From positions 1-64,000 of the IMG/VR virus record IMGVR_UViG_3300025735_000294: a DNA stretch of 64,000 nucleotides, one strand, 5' to 3'. Under the pieces are notes generated by a model, which was not told where the DNA came from, searched no databases, and saw only the letters and a program-made list of their open reading frames with translations. This document shows positions 39,168 to 49,531 of this stretch, one piece after another. The position numbers were made by a program, and so were the translations under genes. Position 1 is the first letter of the stretch. The number at the start of each line of letters is the position of its first letter. The DNA is from a virus (taxonomy: Duplodnaviria > Caudoviricetes).

Positions 39168-40028
39168 ATGTGTAGGATGCCTGGCAATAACAAAGCTGTT
39201 GAAATTTCCGGCTTTGAGCTCGCTTTTTTAGTTGCTAACTCATCAATACCGCATGGAGTCGTGCGGGTTTTATCACAGCTGGCCAATCTTGCAGCCAGCA
39301 CGCCAAGTTTCTTCATCAGCCGGTCCCACAAGCGAATAGCGGAAGAGGTGCTTTGCAGTGAATCGACCGTTCGCAGAGCATTCAGGTGGGCTGTTGAAAA
39401 TGGAATGCTCACTAAGCAGGCTGTGGTTCATGAAAAATCGAACGCCCGGCTGCCTAACCTGTACCGCTTTTCTTCTTCCTTCTTGTCTTATGCTCGTCAC
39501 GTTAAAGCTAAGCTGATAGAGAAAAACCTAACCTTTTTCTCCCCGGTCAGAGCAGTAAGAGATGTGATAGCAAGCCTCAGGGTTTTCTTGAATTTTCATC
39601 CACAGCCACCTGTTCAAAATGAACACCCCCCCCTCGGTCAAAATGACCAGGCTAAGAATAAGAATTCTTCTTTAAGAAAAACAAAACAACCAGATCCCGA
39701 TGTGGCTATTCGCAATACTCAAATCACTCGTCGAGAGATGATCCACGAAGTCGCGGCGGCAAAAGCAGCTGGAAAGAACTTACGTAGTTCTGAGAGACAT
39801 GCGCGTGAACGACAGCTGAACGAAATAGCTGACAAAAAAGCGAAGAGCTTTGCGTGGGTGAAATGGTTTAAAGGGAAGCCTAAACGCAAGCTTGGGCTTC
39901 CCGAACCGGAATACAACTTTGAAGGCATTCCAACAGTGGCGACGATCAGCGATATGATGAGTCGCATCTCCGGCGCTGCAGGATCATCATTCTCTGATAA
40001 TTCAGTGCCTGATGGATTCAGGGGTTAA
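39168..40028 (+). CDS. repL: Lytic replication initiator RepL
   Basis: SG.ELA..V..S, LSQ.ANLAA.T..FI..H..IA, S.STV.RAFR.AV..G.L, NLYRF..SFL, C-terminal P.GFRG. Confidence 0.9.
   Translation: MCRMPGNNKAVEISGFELAFLVANSSIPHGVVRVLSQLANLAASTPSFFISRSHKRIAEEVLCSESTVRRAFRWAVENGMLTKQAVVHEKSNARLPNLYRFSSSFLSYARHVKAKLIEKNLTFFSPVRAVRDVIASLRVFLNFHPQPPVQNEHPPLGQNDQAKNKNSSLRKTKQPDPDVAIRNTQITRREMIHEVAAAKAAGKNLRSSERHARERQLNEIADKKAKSFAWVKWFKGKPKRKLGLPEPEYNFEGIPTVATISDMMSRISGAAGSSFSDNSVPDGFRG
39612..39648. promoter_or_regulatory. Candidate lytic origin iterons inside repL
   Basis: GTTCAAAATGAAC and GGTCAAAATGACC, two self-complementary 13-mers 24 bp apart, followed by an A-rich tract; P1 oriL lies within repL. 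Confidence 0.5.
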
Positions 40029-40525
40029 ACCGCGACAGATCCCCCAGCAGTTTTATAGGCTGTTACAAGCTTCTCCATTGAGTTTTCATGCTGGCCGTAA
40101 CCAGCCCCTGGCAAAGATGCCCAGCGAGAGCGACATTTAGTGATCGCCTCTTCAATGCGACCAGCGTAAATATCTTCAAGCGCTTTGCACTCTTTGATGA
40201 GCTGGATTGCCCATTTATCCTGTGATTCAGGGTTAAAGTCAGGCAAGTTGAGTTGTGCTTTGTAGTGCGACCAATATTTTACGAGGAATTGATAACGACC
40301 TGAAGCTGTGGAGCGTTCGCCCTTGGAGTTAAAAATTTTGCCAGGGCGTCCATCGGCAAACGGATGGGTGCTGAAATCGGTAAAAATCTCCGGTTTTCCA
40401 TCTGTGCCATAAACGATCACGTCATAGCCGTGATTTTTGGTTAGCGGGTGATTTTCGGTGCCTTCAGATACAGCCAGGGTATATAAAAACGCGTGTAAAT
40501 TTACTTCTTTCTGATCCATTTTCAA
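40025..40525 (-). CDS. Endolysin, lambda R-type lytic transglycosylase
   Basis: AFL..LA.SEGT, GYDVIV, TASGRYQFL, DF.P.SQD..A..LI, WASLPGAGYGQHE. Confidence 0.92.
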   Translation of the reverse strand: MKMDQKEVNLHAFLYTLAVSEGTENHPLTKNHGYDVIVYGTDGKPEIFTDFSTHPFADGRPGKIFNSKGERSTASGRYQFLVKYWSHYKAQLNLPDFNPESQDKWAIQLIKECKALEDIYAGRIEEAITKCRSRWASLPGAGYGQHENSMEKLVTAYKTAGGSVAV

Positions 40526-40551
40526 GTTCCGTAATGATGATTGGAACTTGA

Positions 40552-40572
40552 ACCCTATTGAGTTTGTGATTT
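40552..40572 (-). promoter_or_regulatory. Late promoter motif driving endolysin
   Basis: Minus strand AAATCACAAACTCAATAGGGT. Confidence 0.68.
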
Positions 40573-40603
40573 TCGCCGTGAGTAGAACATCCGGTACGAG
40601 TTG

Positions 40604-40624
40604 AAATCACATACTCCATACCAT
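40604..40624 (+). promoter_or_regulatory. Late promoter motif driving darB
   Basis: AAATCACATACTCCATACCAT. Confidence 0.72.
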
Positions 40625-40655
40625 CCCCCCACTTTCATGTAGTGGGGGATCACCT

Positions 40656-43600
40656 TTGAATCCAGTTAACGCCTTGCTTGCTTCCGCGACAAGCATGGAT
40701 GAAATTCTTGCGGTAATAGCACGCCTTCATAAACCTCGACCGTTAGCAACATTCGGAGTCACAAAACGTGAAGGTGTGAGCCTTCAACGTGAGCGCCGTC
40801 AGGCTAACGATCTCGCGATAGAACTTTTGCAGTCCCTTCCACAAAACTTTGATGGAAACCGGCTAACTGATGATCAGCGGCAGATCCTTGCCCGTTATTC
40901 AGGTGAGGGAGGTTTGAAAGGCAAAGAAGGGAGTCAGTACGAATACTACACGCCGCAATTTATGGCTGAGGGTATTTGGGATCTCTTTGCTAATTACGGT
41001 ATTAATGGCGGCCATATGCTTGAGCCTTCAGCCGGTACTGGCATTTTCCAAGAAACAAAGCTGCCTGGCGCCATAATAACCAGCGCTGAATTATCGCCAT
41101 TGTCGGGCCGTATAAACCAGCTCCTACACCCTGAGGATGATGTACGCGTAGGGGCATTTGAAGATCTTGCCTCAAACGTACCGGATAACACATACGATCA
41201 CGCCGTTGGTAACGTTCCATTTGGGGAAGGGCGCTCAGGAGTTGCCAGTAGGGACCCTGCCTACGCCAAAGAGATGAACGTAGGCAATTATTTTGTCCTT
41301 CGAACAATAGACAAAGTAAAACCAGGTGGCCTGGTCATTCTTGTAGTCCCGAACGGCATGACCGACGGGACCAAAAGTAAAAAGTTGCGCGATAAAGTGA
41401 GTCGCCGCGCCGAATTCCTTGGCGCCCACCGCATGCCTTCTGGCACCTTCTCTGAGAGTGGTACAGATACCGTCGTTGATGTCTGGGTACTGCGTAAGCA
41501 CCCTTCTGAGTTTGAAGATATATTGCGGGATTCCACAGATGCGCAGCTGGCCGGTGCCAACGTGCTTTGGTCAACCTTCATAAAGGGTAAGTGGTTCTTG
41601 ACCACTGAGGGGCGGCGTTTTGTTCATGGTGAGATGGAGCGGACTAATTACCAGAATATGCTGGTGGTTAAAAGTGATGGCCGAGTCACAAACGCCGCGA
41701 TGAAAACAGCTCTTTCACGCCGTTTTGATAGCCGTATTGATTGGGATTCTTTAGGCGTTGTAACTCCGGCGTGGCAGGGTGCAAAAGAAGGGGATCTTCG
41801 TATTGTTGGAGGCATTTGGCATAAATTTGATGGTGTCCGTTGGGTCATTGATGCTGAGTCATTCAGTCTTCATGTTGATGAAGCGCGTTATGGCGCGAAG
41901 ACCCAAAGTGAACTCCATGCCAAAATCGGCAGTACCCAAGGCATCCTTTCTCTGACCCTTGAACAGATAGCGGCGATCGCCAATGACTATCCGAGCCTCA
42001 TCCCTGACGACATGGCCTCATTGCTCCGGTTTGTGTTGAAGCAACGTAAGAAAGACCGGGAGAGAATCTGGCGTGGCTCAATCGTGGGGCTGAAGATAAA
42101 CCGCGCGATGGATCTGCGCTCGCTTGGGCAAGAATTCACTGACGTTATGGCTGACGCAGCGCAACTGACTGCAAGTGAGATCGACCGATACGGCAAGCCA
42201 GGCGATGTTAAGTTGAAAGACCTTAGCGAAGCAGGTAGCCGCCACTGGCTAACCTTTGCGGGTAATGTAACAACTGATGGTAGCACCTCTGCGCTTCTTA
42301 ATGGCCAGATCGACGTATCCGACGGCGCTGCAGGTATCGACTTCTCTAAACCAGATCAGGTTGTGGCCCACTTATTCAGTGATGTGGCCCTGGTCCCTGT
42401 TTCCCTTGCTGAATTCCGAGCGACGTTCGCCGGTGAACTCCCTGCTGACGATGATGCACTACTCAACTGGTTAGCGACCTTCCCTGAAATCGCAATAGAC
42501 GGCTTCGGCAACATCCTCCCTATGGGCCGTGCCGCCAGCGGCGATATCAAGTCCAAGGTTTCGGCGCTGGTGGCGCTTCTTGAAAGCGCCACAGGTGAGC
42601 AGAAGGCGAACTTTGAGCGTCAACTGGCCCTTATAAACGAGAAACGAGAGTTCACACCACTGGATAAAGTAACAGTGAACATGAATGCTCGCTGGCTTGA
42701 TCGTCGGCTCATAAAAGAGTTTCTCGCTGAGCAAGGGTATGACGAGTTCAAATACACCGAACCTGAAATGCAGATCGTGGATGGAGTTCTCGTTTCTGCT
42801 GATGACTATGACGGCAAGGATGGGGTGTTTACTGGCTATCAAATGCGAACCGTGTCGGGCAAGAACGGTAATGAATTCAAGAAGGCTAACAACAAAGATG
42901 GCTTCCTGAATCAGCTTGAGAACTACCTGAACGGGGTTAAACCGCGTGGGGTAAACGCTAACGAATACCTCGATAAGATTGCCGCGCTGGAGACGTCCTT
43001 CAACGACTGGTTACGTACTCATCCCAACGCAGAAAGCATTGCTAACGACTATAACGACGCTTTCAATGGCTACATCCCTTTCAGCCACTCCTCTGCTCCA
43101 CTGGGATTAACCGGCATTAGCGGTAAACGAATTCCCCTTAGCTACCAAAACGAAGAGGTTCGCCGCCTATCTGAAGACGGTCGCGGTATTATGGGTTTCG
43201 GTACTGGGTTAGGGAAAACGACAACTGCATTGGCACTGGAAGCCTACAACTTTGAAACAGGGCGCACGAAGCGTACTTGTATTGCGGTTCCGAAGGCCGT
43301 GTATCAAAACTGGTATCACGAAGCTCAAGGCTTTTACAGCCAGGAAGCCTTTGCTGGAATGCTCTTTGTTGGTCTGGATGAGGTGATGAATGAAGGGGGA
43401 GAAATTTCAACAGCGCCGGTGCTCGATGAGAATGGGGAGCCTCGCCTTGATAGTGCTGGTATCGCCATTTTGCGTAATGTCGTTAAAGAGTCCAGCAGCG
43501 CGACGGTGATTCAGCGTATGAACATGATCCCAACATCCAATTACCGAACGGTGATCATGACCAAAGAGCAGTTTGCATCTATCCCCCTACGTGATGAAAC

Positions 43601-46600
43601 GATAGAGGAAAACTCTCAGCAAGCGGTGTTTAACGCAGTTGATATGGGACGACTCGACCTTGCTTCCGGGCGGCATCGAGACGCGGCAAAGAAAAATAGA
43701 ATTAAGGACCAGGCCGCTGACACCGGCACAACTAAAAAACGCAATGTTCCGTACTTTGAAGACATGCGCTTTGATAGCGTGATTGCTGATGAAGGTCACA
43801 ACTACCGCAACTCATTTGGCGCTGGCCGCGAAGCCGGTCAATTAGCTTATTTGCCGAATCCCTCAGTCTCTCAAATGGCACGCGATATGGCTGTGAAGTC
43901 AGCCTACATGATGCAGAAAAACAATGGGCGCGGCGTGGTTATGCTTACGGCTACACCATTGGTAAATAGCCCGATAGATGCATTCAATATGCTGTCAACG
44001 GTGGTCCCACAGTCCGAATGGATCAGAATGGGCATCCTAACCCCAGATGATTTTGTTCGTGTCTTTGGCAAAACCGAAACAGTGCAGGTGCAAAAACTTT
44101 CCGGGGAAGTGGAAGAGAAGCAGGGCCTGGTTGGTTTCCAGAACCTTAACGGTTTGCGTGGCATTTTCCATCGCTGGACGACACTGAAGAACGCTGCTGA
44201 CGTCGGGGAAACGGTCAAAATCCCGGACCTTGAAGAGAATACGCTTTCCATCCCAATGACCGATGAGCAAGCAGAGATCTATGAAACGCTTCGCAAGCGC
44301 GCTCAAGAGCTCAGCAGCCCTGTAAAAACCGTTGTCATTAACGATGAAAATGGCGTCCCGCAGGAATACCACTCGATAAAGGACCCTAACGAGAAGCCGG
44401 ATGATTTCATATTCTCCATCATTCGCGACATGGATAAAGTTGCGATAGATCCGGATCTGTATGCCAGCGCCATAACCTTCCAGTTCCCTTCGGACCAGAG
44501 CGTAAGAGCCAAGGGTATATTTGATGGCTTACCATCGATTGCCGGTGGCAGATTGTCAGACGATGAAGATGAGGCCGTTGAAGGGCTGGTGGATACGCGG
44601 ACGAGTAAGGTTGTCAAAACCGAGTTTTTCGACCGCACTACGCATGTTGAGATCAGGGCCAGCATAGAGCTGGAGCCAGAGATACTTAAGGCCATTAAAG
44701 CTGCAGGCATTCATCCTGAGACTGTCTCCCACCCAATACCACCAAAATATGCCGCGCTAATAGACAACCTCCGGGAAGGTCTAAAAAGCGGTAAGCAGAT
44801 CATCTTTATTGATGAGAAAGCACAGCACGAGAAATTGCGGCGAATCATCTCCAGCGCCCTTCAAATCGACCCAGCAGAGATCGGCATAATCAATGCAACT
44901 ACTGTTCAAAAAGCTGGTGGTGTGAAGCTCAAGGCGGTGAAGCTGCCAACCGAGCCGAAACCGAATAAAGATGGTGAGTTTAAAGACGGCGCCTGGGAAG
45001 AGTATTACACCAAAAAAGCCCAGTACGACGATTACGTAGCGGCCAAAACAGATACCAGCCTTGAAGGTATGGAGGGTATCGCTGCTGATTTCAACGAAGG
45101 CCGCACCCGGATTATTATCTGTAACAAAAAGGCAGAAGTAGGGATAAACCTTCATATTGGCACTACTGATGTCCACCATCTCACCTTGCCGTGGACACCG
45201 GCCAGTATTGACCAACGCAATGGTCGTGGCGCCCGTGTTGGTTCGCCTCAGGAAAAAGTCAGAGTCCATTACTATTGCGGTAAAGGTACTTTTGATGATT
45301 TCCGTCTTGAAACGCTAAAGCGCAAAAAGGACTGGATAAAGTCTGTGATGACCAGCGACATCTCCGAGATTTCCAATGGGGACGTTGAGGACGCTGATGA
45401 ACGCGCCAGCATGCTGGCAGAAAACCCTGAGGCACGCCGCGCGATAATGGAACGTCAGACTGAAGAGCGCAGACAACGGATAGCTGAAAAAGCACTACGC
45501 GATGCGAACAATGCTCTTGATAGCTTCCTCAAAGCGGCAAACGCAGCTAATCAGGATCTGGAAATGCTTAGCCTTGAGCTCCAATCAGCGACTGAAAGGC
45601 TGGAAAAAGACCAGGCCTATCACGATAAAATGGTGGCGTCCGGGACAACTCGAAATGGCCTTAAGATCTCTCTTGAGGGGTTAAGCAGAGGGAAAAAGCG
45701 AGTCCGAGAGTTGAAAGGCACTTTAGCGCGAGCCAAAACCGCAGGCACAACGATGAAGCGTGCGCGTGGGGATGTGGAGCGTGCTATCACAAACGGCGTG
45801 TTGGACATCGACATCGATGTTGTTCAAAACCCACAGTCATACATTCGCGTGCCGTCGGGTGTCATGCTCAGGATTGGCAGCTACTTCCGGGTGCTGACTG
45901 ATGGAGCTGATCTCCCTTATGCCGGTGTCGTGCAGGTTAAGAAAATCTACCCAGAACGTGGGGAATTCGACTGCAAACTTATGTGGAAAGATGCTGATAG
46001 CCGCTATTCCTCGCGCAATGCTGGCAGCTCATTAACGCTCGATTTTGGTTCGGTGTTGGAGCCGGTTGTTTTTGAGAAGGATGCAGCTGAAGCCAGAATG
46101 AAAGCCGCTATAGGTGTTCCCTCATTCGAACTGTCTTTAGAGCTCACACGCGAGCAATTTGTTGACGCTATTACAATCGGGCAAATGCTCGTTAAAGGTA
46201 AGGCGGCATCGAGCTATTACGGCTATCAGGAAAAAGTTAACTACTGGGTATACCGAGATGCGCTTGGCAAGCTCCATCTTAGCTTCTGCGGTGATGGAAA
46301 AATAGGCAATACGATAGGCAATTCTGGCAACAAAGAGATCCTTCCGGAGCAATGGGTTTACCCAGATCGAAATGACGAATCACTTAAACGTGAGCTGGTG
46401 GCCCGTATGAATAGTGATGAACCGTTCAGCGAAAATGATGCTGCAGGTTTCCTGCGTGCCGTTTTTGGTTACGACTATGAGAAAGGCATGGAGGCATATG
46501 GCAATCAAGCCTCATATGACGATGTGGTCACTATTGTCGATAATTGGATGGCCAGCCGAGACTTAGATGGTCGTTCCCTGGATAAACTCTCTAGCGAGGA

Positions 46601-47531
46601 TGTGATAAGCGTTTACCGGAAGCCAGCTGGTGATGGGCTTAAATCATTCTGGGAAGGTATCATGGGCGTTCGCGGCTTCCGTGGTGAGTCGAAAGCGTTT
46701 GCCAACAAGAGTGAAATGGAGCGCATGTTTTACCAGGTCCGGGATGCGAGAATAAACGACAAAATCAGCAGGGCGCAAACCGGCGCGAAAGAGCTGGGTG
46801 CCAAGATGTTTGCACAATACAAGAAGCTGACCGAAGACCAGGGCAAGGCTATGCTTCCGGCAATGTTGGTTGATTCAGCTGCAAATGCCTACAAGGTGGT
46901 CAATGAAACACTAAACCCGCTGGAGACAGATGCCACTATGTGGATTAATGCCGGTAAGGTGATCCACGCATACGAAGATAAAGACATTGGTGTCGATAAT
47001 TTCTCGTCTACCGCAAGCCTTCTGATCCTCGTGAACATGGCCTTTAATCAGCTGGCAAAACTGAAAGCCGGTGGTTACAAGGATCTGCTTAGCGAGGAAT
47101 TGACTGGCGCTTCATGGGACGAATATCTGGGCATCTTCATGGGTGATTTGACCTCTGAGAGTGTAAAAGTCCGTCTGCAGGAGGCAAGGGCATTACGTCA
47201 GGACAGCGCCGAAGTGCAAGCAGAGGTCACGAAAGAAGCTGACGCAGATTACACCATTGAGATAAACACGACGGCGATCATTGGTAGGGTAAACGTGCGG
47301 CGGCGCTGGTTCAGTATCAATGAGCCAGAGGGACAGGTCTATCTGATCGCAGATAACCCTGGTAGTTCTGTTATCTACAGAGCCAAGAACGTCATCAAGA
47401 ACCAGTTCAACGGACGTTTCTGGAACTTCGAAGCGAATCCGATTGCCGATGTTGAGTTTGATCGCCCGGCTTGGGTGGTTTCGACGCATTACAAAATTGA
47501 TGAGATTCGGGCTGCTATTGCCCGCGGATAA
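40656..47531 (+). CDS. darB: DarB antirestriction protein (N6-MTase-like plus SNF2-type helicase domains)
   Basis: 2291 aa; EYYTP, LEPSAGTG.F, GNVPFG; helicase GTGLGKT, IADEGH, LTATP..NSP, EVGINL, QRNGRG.R. Confidence 0.93.
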   Translation: MNPVNALLASATSMDEILAVIARLHKPRPLATFGVTKREGVSLQRERRQANDLAIELLQSLPQNFDGNRLTDDQRQILARYSGEGGLKGKEGSQYEYYTPQFMAEGIWDLFANYGINGGHMLEPSAGTGIFQETKLPGAIITSAELSPLSGRINQLLHPEDDVRVGAFEDLASNVPDNTYDHAVGNVPFGEGRSGVASRDPAYAKEMNVGNYFVLRTIDKVKPGGLVILVVPNGMTDGTKSKKLRDKVSRRAEFLGAHRMPSGTFSESGTDTVVDVWVLRKHPSEFEDILRDSTDAQLAGANVLWSTFIKGKWFLTTEGRRFVHGEMERTNYQNMLVVKSDGRVTNAAMKTALSRRFDSRIDWDSLGVVTPAWQGAKEGDLRIVGGIWHKFDGVRWVIDAESFSLHVDEARYGAKTQSELHAKIGSTQGILSLTLEQIAAIANDYPSLIPDDMASLLRFVLKQRKKDRERIWRGSIVGLKINRAMDLRSLGQEFTDVMADAAQLTASEIDRYGKPGDVKLKDLSEAGSRHWLTFAGNVTTDGSTSALLNGQIDVSDGAAGIDFSKPDQVVAHLFSDVALVPVSLAEFRATFAGELPADDDALLNWLATFPEIAIDGFGNILPMGRAASGDIKSKVSALVALLESATGEQKANFERQLALINEKREFTPLDKVTVNMNARWLDRRLIKEFLAEQGYDEFKYTEPEMQIVDGVLVSADDYDGKDGVFTGYQMRTVSGKNGNEFKKANNKDGFLNQLENYLNGVKPRGVNANEYLDKIAALETSFNDWLRTHPNAESIANDYNDAFNGYIPFSHSSAPLGLTGISGKRIPLSYQNEEVRRLSEDGRGIMGFGTGLGKTTTALALEAYNFETGRTKRTCIAVPKAVYQNWYHEAQGFYSQEAFAGMLFVGLDEVMNEGGEISTAPVLDENGEPRLDSAGIAILRNVVKESSSATVIQRMNMIPTSNYRTVIMTKEQFASIPLRDETIEENSQQAVFNAVDMGRLDLASGRHRDAAKKNRIKDQAADTGTTKKRNVPYFEDMRFDSVIADEGHNYRNSFGAGREAGQLAYLPNPSVSQMARDMAVKSAYMMQKNNGRGVVMLTATPLVNSPIDAFNMLSTVVPQSEWIRMGILTPDDFVRVFGKTETVQVQKLSGEVEEKQGLVGFQNLNGLRGIFHRWTTLKNAADVGETVKIPDLEENTLSIPMTDEQAEIYETLRKRAQELSSPVKTVVINDENGVPQEYHSIKDPNEKPDDFIFSIIRDMDKVAIDPDLYASAITFQFPSDQSVRAKGIFDGLPSIAGGRLSDDEDEAVEGLVDTRTSKVVKTEFFDRTTHVEIRASIELEPEILKAIKAAGIHPETVSHPIPPKYAALIDNLREGLKSGKQIIFIDEKAQHEKLRRIISSALQIDPAEIGIINATTVQKAGGVKLKAVKLPTEPKPNKDGEFKDGAWEEYYTKKAQYDDYVAAKTDTSLEGMEGIAADFNEGRTRIIICNKKAEVGINLHIGTTDVHHLTLPWTPASIDQRNGRGARVGSPQEKVRVHYYCGKGTFDDFRLETLKRKKDWIKSVMTSDISEISNGDVEDADERASMLAENPEARRAIMERQTEERRQRIAEKALRDANNALDSFLKAANAANQDLEMLSLELQSATERLEKDQAYHDKMVASGTTRNGLKISLEGLSRGKKRVRELKGTLARAKTAGTTMKRARGDVERAITNGVLDIDIDVVQNPQSYIRVPSGVMLRIGSYFRVLTDGADLPYAGVVQVKKIYPERGEFDCKLMWKDADSRYSSRNAGSSLTLDFGSVLEPVVFEKDAAEARMKAAIGVPSFELSLELTREQFVDAITIGQMLVKGKAASSYYGYQEKVNYWVYRDALGKLHLSFCGDGKIGNTIGNSGNKEILPEQWVYPDRNDESLKRELVARMNSDEPFSENDAAGFLRAVFGYDYEKGMEAYGNQASYDDVVTIVDNWMASRDLDGRSLDKLSSEDVISVYRKPAGDGLKSFWEGIMGVRGFRGESKAFANKSEMERMFYQVRDARINDKISRAQTGAKELGAKMFAQYKKLTEDQGKAMLPAMLVDSAANAYKVVNETLNPLETDATMWINAGKVIHAYEDKDIGVDNFSSTASLLILVNMAFNQLAKLKAGGYKDLLSEELTGASWDEYLGIFMGDLTSESVKVRLQEARALRQDSAEVQAEVTKEADADYTIEINTTAIIGRVNVRRRWFSINEPEGQVYLIADNPGSSVIYRAKNVIKNQFNGRFWNFEANPIADVEFDRPAWVVSTHYKIDEIRAAIARG

Positions 47532-47568
47532 ATGCTTAAGGAGCTGCCCCGCAAGGGGCAGAAGGCAA

Positions 47569-48009
47569 ATGACAACGCTTATTGAAACTATTATGCCAAC
47601 AGAAGGCTATGTAACCAGTCTGTTAGAGGAAGCACTGAACGGGAAATCAGAACAGGAGTTTGTTGCATTTTATTTGCAAGGTGTAATTGATAGGGTGATA
47701 CGTGAACCACGCACCTATCGTTGTTTTGGTCCCTGGTGGCCAGCCATCAAAACTTTAATAATTGCTGGTGGTTGTACGAAACTGGGCCAAATCGTCGAAA
47801 GTGACGTAGCTGAAACTTATAAACTGAGTCGTCCTGCTTTAACCGTTATCGCCGCTCATCTTTATTCAGATGAGCGGGTGGACAGGGAGGGACTCTTTAA
47901 CTCAATACATCAATTAGTTGTGCTGCCGACTTCAGATGATACTGAACCGTATATTTATACGAGCTATGATGAATCTATTGAGAAATACAAAGGGTTAGGT
48001 GGTGTGTAG
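47569..48009 (+). CDS. ulx: Ulx (DarB packaging factor)
   Basis: AL.GK.E.E.V.F.L.G, YR..GP.WP.IK, RPALT.IAA.LYS.ER match recalled P1 Ulx; follows darB. Confidence 0.8.
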   Translation: MTTLIETIMPTEGYVTSLLEEALNGKSEQEFVAFYLQGVIDRVIREPRTYRCFGPWWPAIKTLIIAGGCTKLGQIVESDVAETYKLSRPALTVIAAHLYSDERVDREGLFNSIHQLVVLPTSDDTEPYIYTSYDESIEKYKGLGGV

Positions 48010-48245
48010 TGAAGAATAGAGTTTTCACATTTGAAGATCTGAAAATCTATGCAAAATTTAAGGGTTATGATTTAGGATTTCACAGATACCGAGGAGTTTT
48101 TACATTAACAAATCTTTCGAATGAAGAAGAGTGGGGCTGGGTGTATTTTCCTCATGCAGATCAGACAGTAGCGAAGATTAATGACTTAAACCTCGAAGGG
48201 TGGAAACTAGCTATTGATCATTCAATAGCGCTCGTTAATAAATAG
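48009..48245 (+). CDS. Small protein in the P1 lxc (bof) corepressor position
   Basis: 78 aa, translationally coupled to ulx; sequence similarity weak. Confidence 0.45.
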   Translation: MKNRVFTFEDLKIYAKFKGYDLGFHRYRGVFTLTNLSNEEEWGWVYFPHADQTVAKINDLNLEGWKLAIDHSIALVNK

Positions 48246-48416
48246 GCGTCATAATGACATCTATTCTGTTGATCGCGATCATTAACAAAAACCCACTGAT
48301 TAAAAAACAAACGCCCCTTTTAAAGGGGTATTTGTGATTGCCCTCACATTTATGTATCGTCAAATTCACTTTCTTTATCTCCAAAAAATGCTATTCGCGA
48401 TTCGCCAGAGGCATGT

Positions 48417-48935
48417 GTGCTCAAATTCACGGAAGATTGGTACCAGACCCACGTAAATAAATCAAAAACGCGTAAAGGCACCACTACCCCGAAAATAAAA
48501 GCACTTTTAGATAAATATATTTCACCTCATGCTCAGGCGCTTGCAGCATTAGTAAAAAACCCTACATTGTCGAAGGGCAATGAAGAGCACTATCTGCAAG
48601 TCCGGATCTTTGACTGGCTGGAGCGCGAGCTTCCTGAAATATATGACCTCACACATGCAACTCCCAATGGCGGAAAGCGTGGGAAAAAGACAGCTTTTGC
48701 AATGAAGGCCGAAGGGCAAAAGAAAGGTTATTTAGACCTTTCCATCGACCGGGCCTGCGGCGGCTTTCACGGCTTCCGGATGGAAGTGAAGTTTGGCAAA
48801 AACAGGCTGACACCCGAACAAATCCAGTGGGTTTCTAAACTGGAGCGGGAAGGGTACAAGGTTGTCGTTGTCTGGACGCTAGAAGACGCTGTAAAGGAAA
48901 TTACAGATTACGTTTCTTTGGAGGAATTGTCGTGA
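48417..48935 (+). CDS. VRR-NUC domain nuclease (PD-(D/E)xK)
   Basis: EE..LQ..IF.W, ATPNGGKR, K.EG.KKG..DL, MEVK..KNRLT.EQ..W. Confidence 0.88.
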   Translation: MLKFTEDWYQTHVNKSKTRKGTTTPKIKALLDKYISPHAQALAALVKNPTLSKGNEEHYLQVRIFDWLERELPEIYDLTHATPNGGKRGKKTAFAMKAEGQKKGYLDLSIDRACGGFHGFRMEVKFGKNRLTPEQIQWVSKLEREGYKVVVVWTLEDAVKEITDYVSLEELS

Positions 48936-49126
48936 TATCAAAGCTTATGGAAGGGACATTTGGATCAGCAGGAGTTTATGCGCGTCGCGCTGCATGGCCG
49001 TTGACCCAAGTAGCCGAGTTTACACGTTCAGGTGACGACGTTGTAGCTAGGTCTGCCAGTACCGGACACCGCATCGAACTTGGTCCAGAAGACTATCTGG
49101 CAAAGGATTGGGTGCTATGTTGCTAA
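48932..49126 (+). CDS. Hypothetical protein
   Basis: Coupled ORF with RBS in early operon. Confidence 0.5.
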   Translation: MISKLMEGTFGSAGVYARRAAWPLTQVAEFTRSGDDVVARSASTGHRIELGPEDYLAKDWVLCC

Positions 49127-49422
49127 AAAAAAGATATCACTATTTTTCAATCTGTCTTTCCGAAGAAACGGGCAAGATCCGCAGCGCGATAATGGTCGGG
49201 CAATCGCGGTGTGTTACGGCCCCTCTAATCAAAAGAGCTTATGAGCACTTAAGCTTCCCTGAAACTGCTGTGGTCGTTAATGCCTGTTGGCTTGGAAAGA
49301 TGACGCAGGAAGAATATCAGAATGGGATAGTGATACGCTCCCGAGCTGAAGCGGCAAAAGCATATATACCGTGGGTTTGCTGTTTAACTCTGGCCGCCAG
49401 CCTCGCTTACCAGTTTCTGTAA
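49108..49422 (+). CDS. Hypothetical protein
   Basis: Overlapping coupled ORF followed by terminator at ~49431-49455. Confidence 0.5.
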   Translation: MGAMLLKKRYHYFSICLSEETGKIRSAIMVGQSRCVTAPLIKRAYEHLSFPETAVVVNACWLGKMTQEEYQNGIVIRSRAEAAKAYIPWVCCLTLAASLAYQFL

Positions 49423-49504
49423 TCCCCATCAAACCAGCGTTCGCTGGTTTTTTTGCGCCTTAAAACCTCCCATAGACAAACCAACATTTTCCAATAGAAT
49501 ATGT

Positions 49505-49528
49505 TTAGATTGTGCATCACAACTCTAA
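49505..49528. promoter_or_regulatory. Operator TTAGATT-N10-ACTCTAA (1 mismatch) upstream of pmgS-like gene
   Basis: TTAGATT gtgcatcaca ACTCTAA. Confidence 0.62.
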
Positions 49529-49531
49529 GGA

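Noticed and set aside
40994-47489. Numerous 60-160 aa ORFs within or antisense to darB and other long genes
   Set aside because: Expected shadow ORFs without independent signals or family motifs
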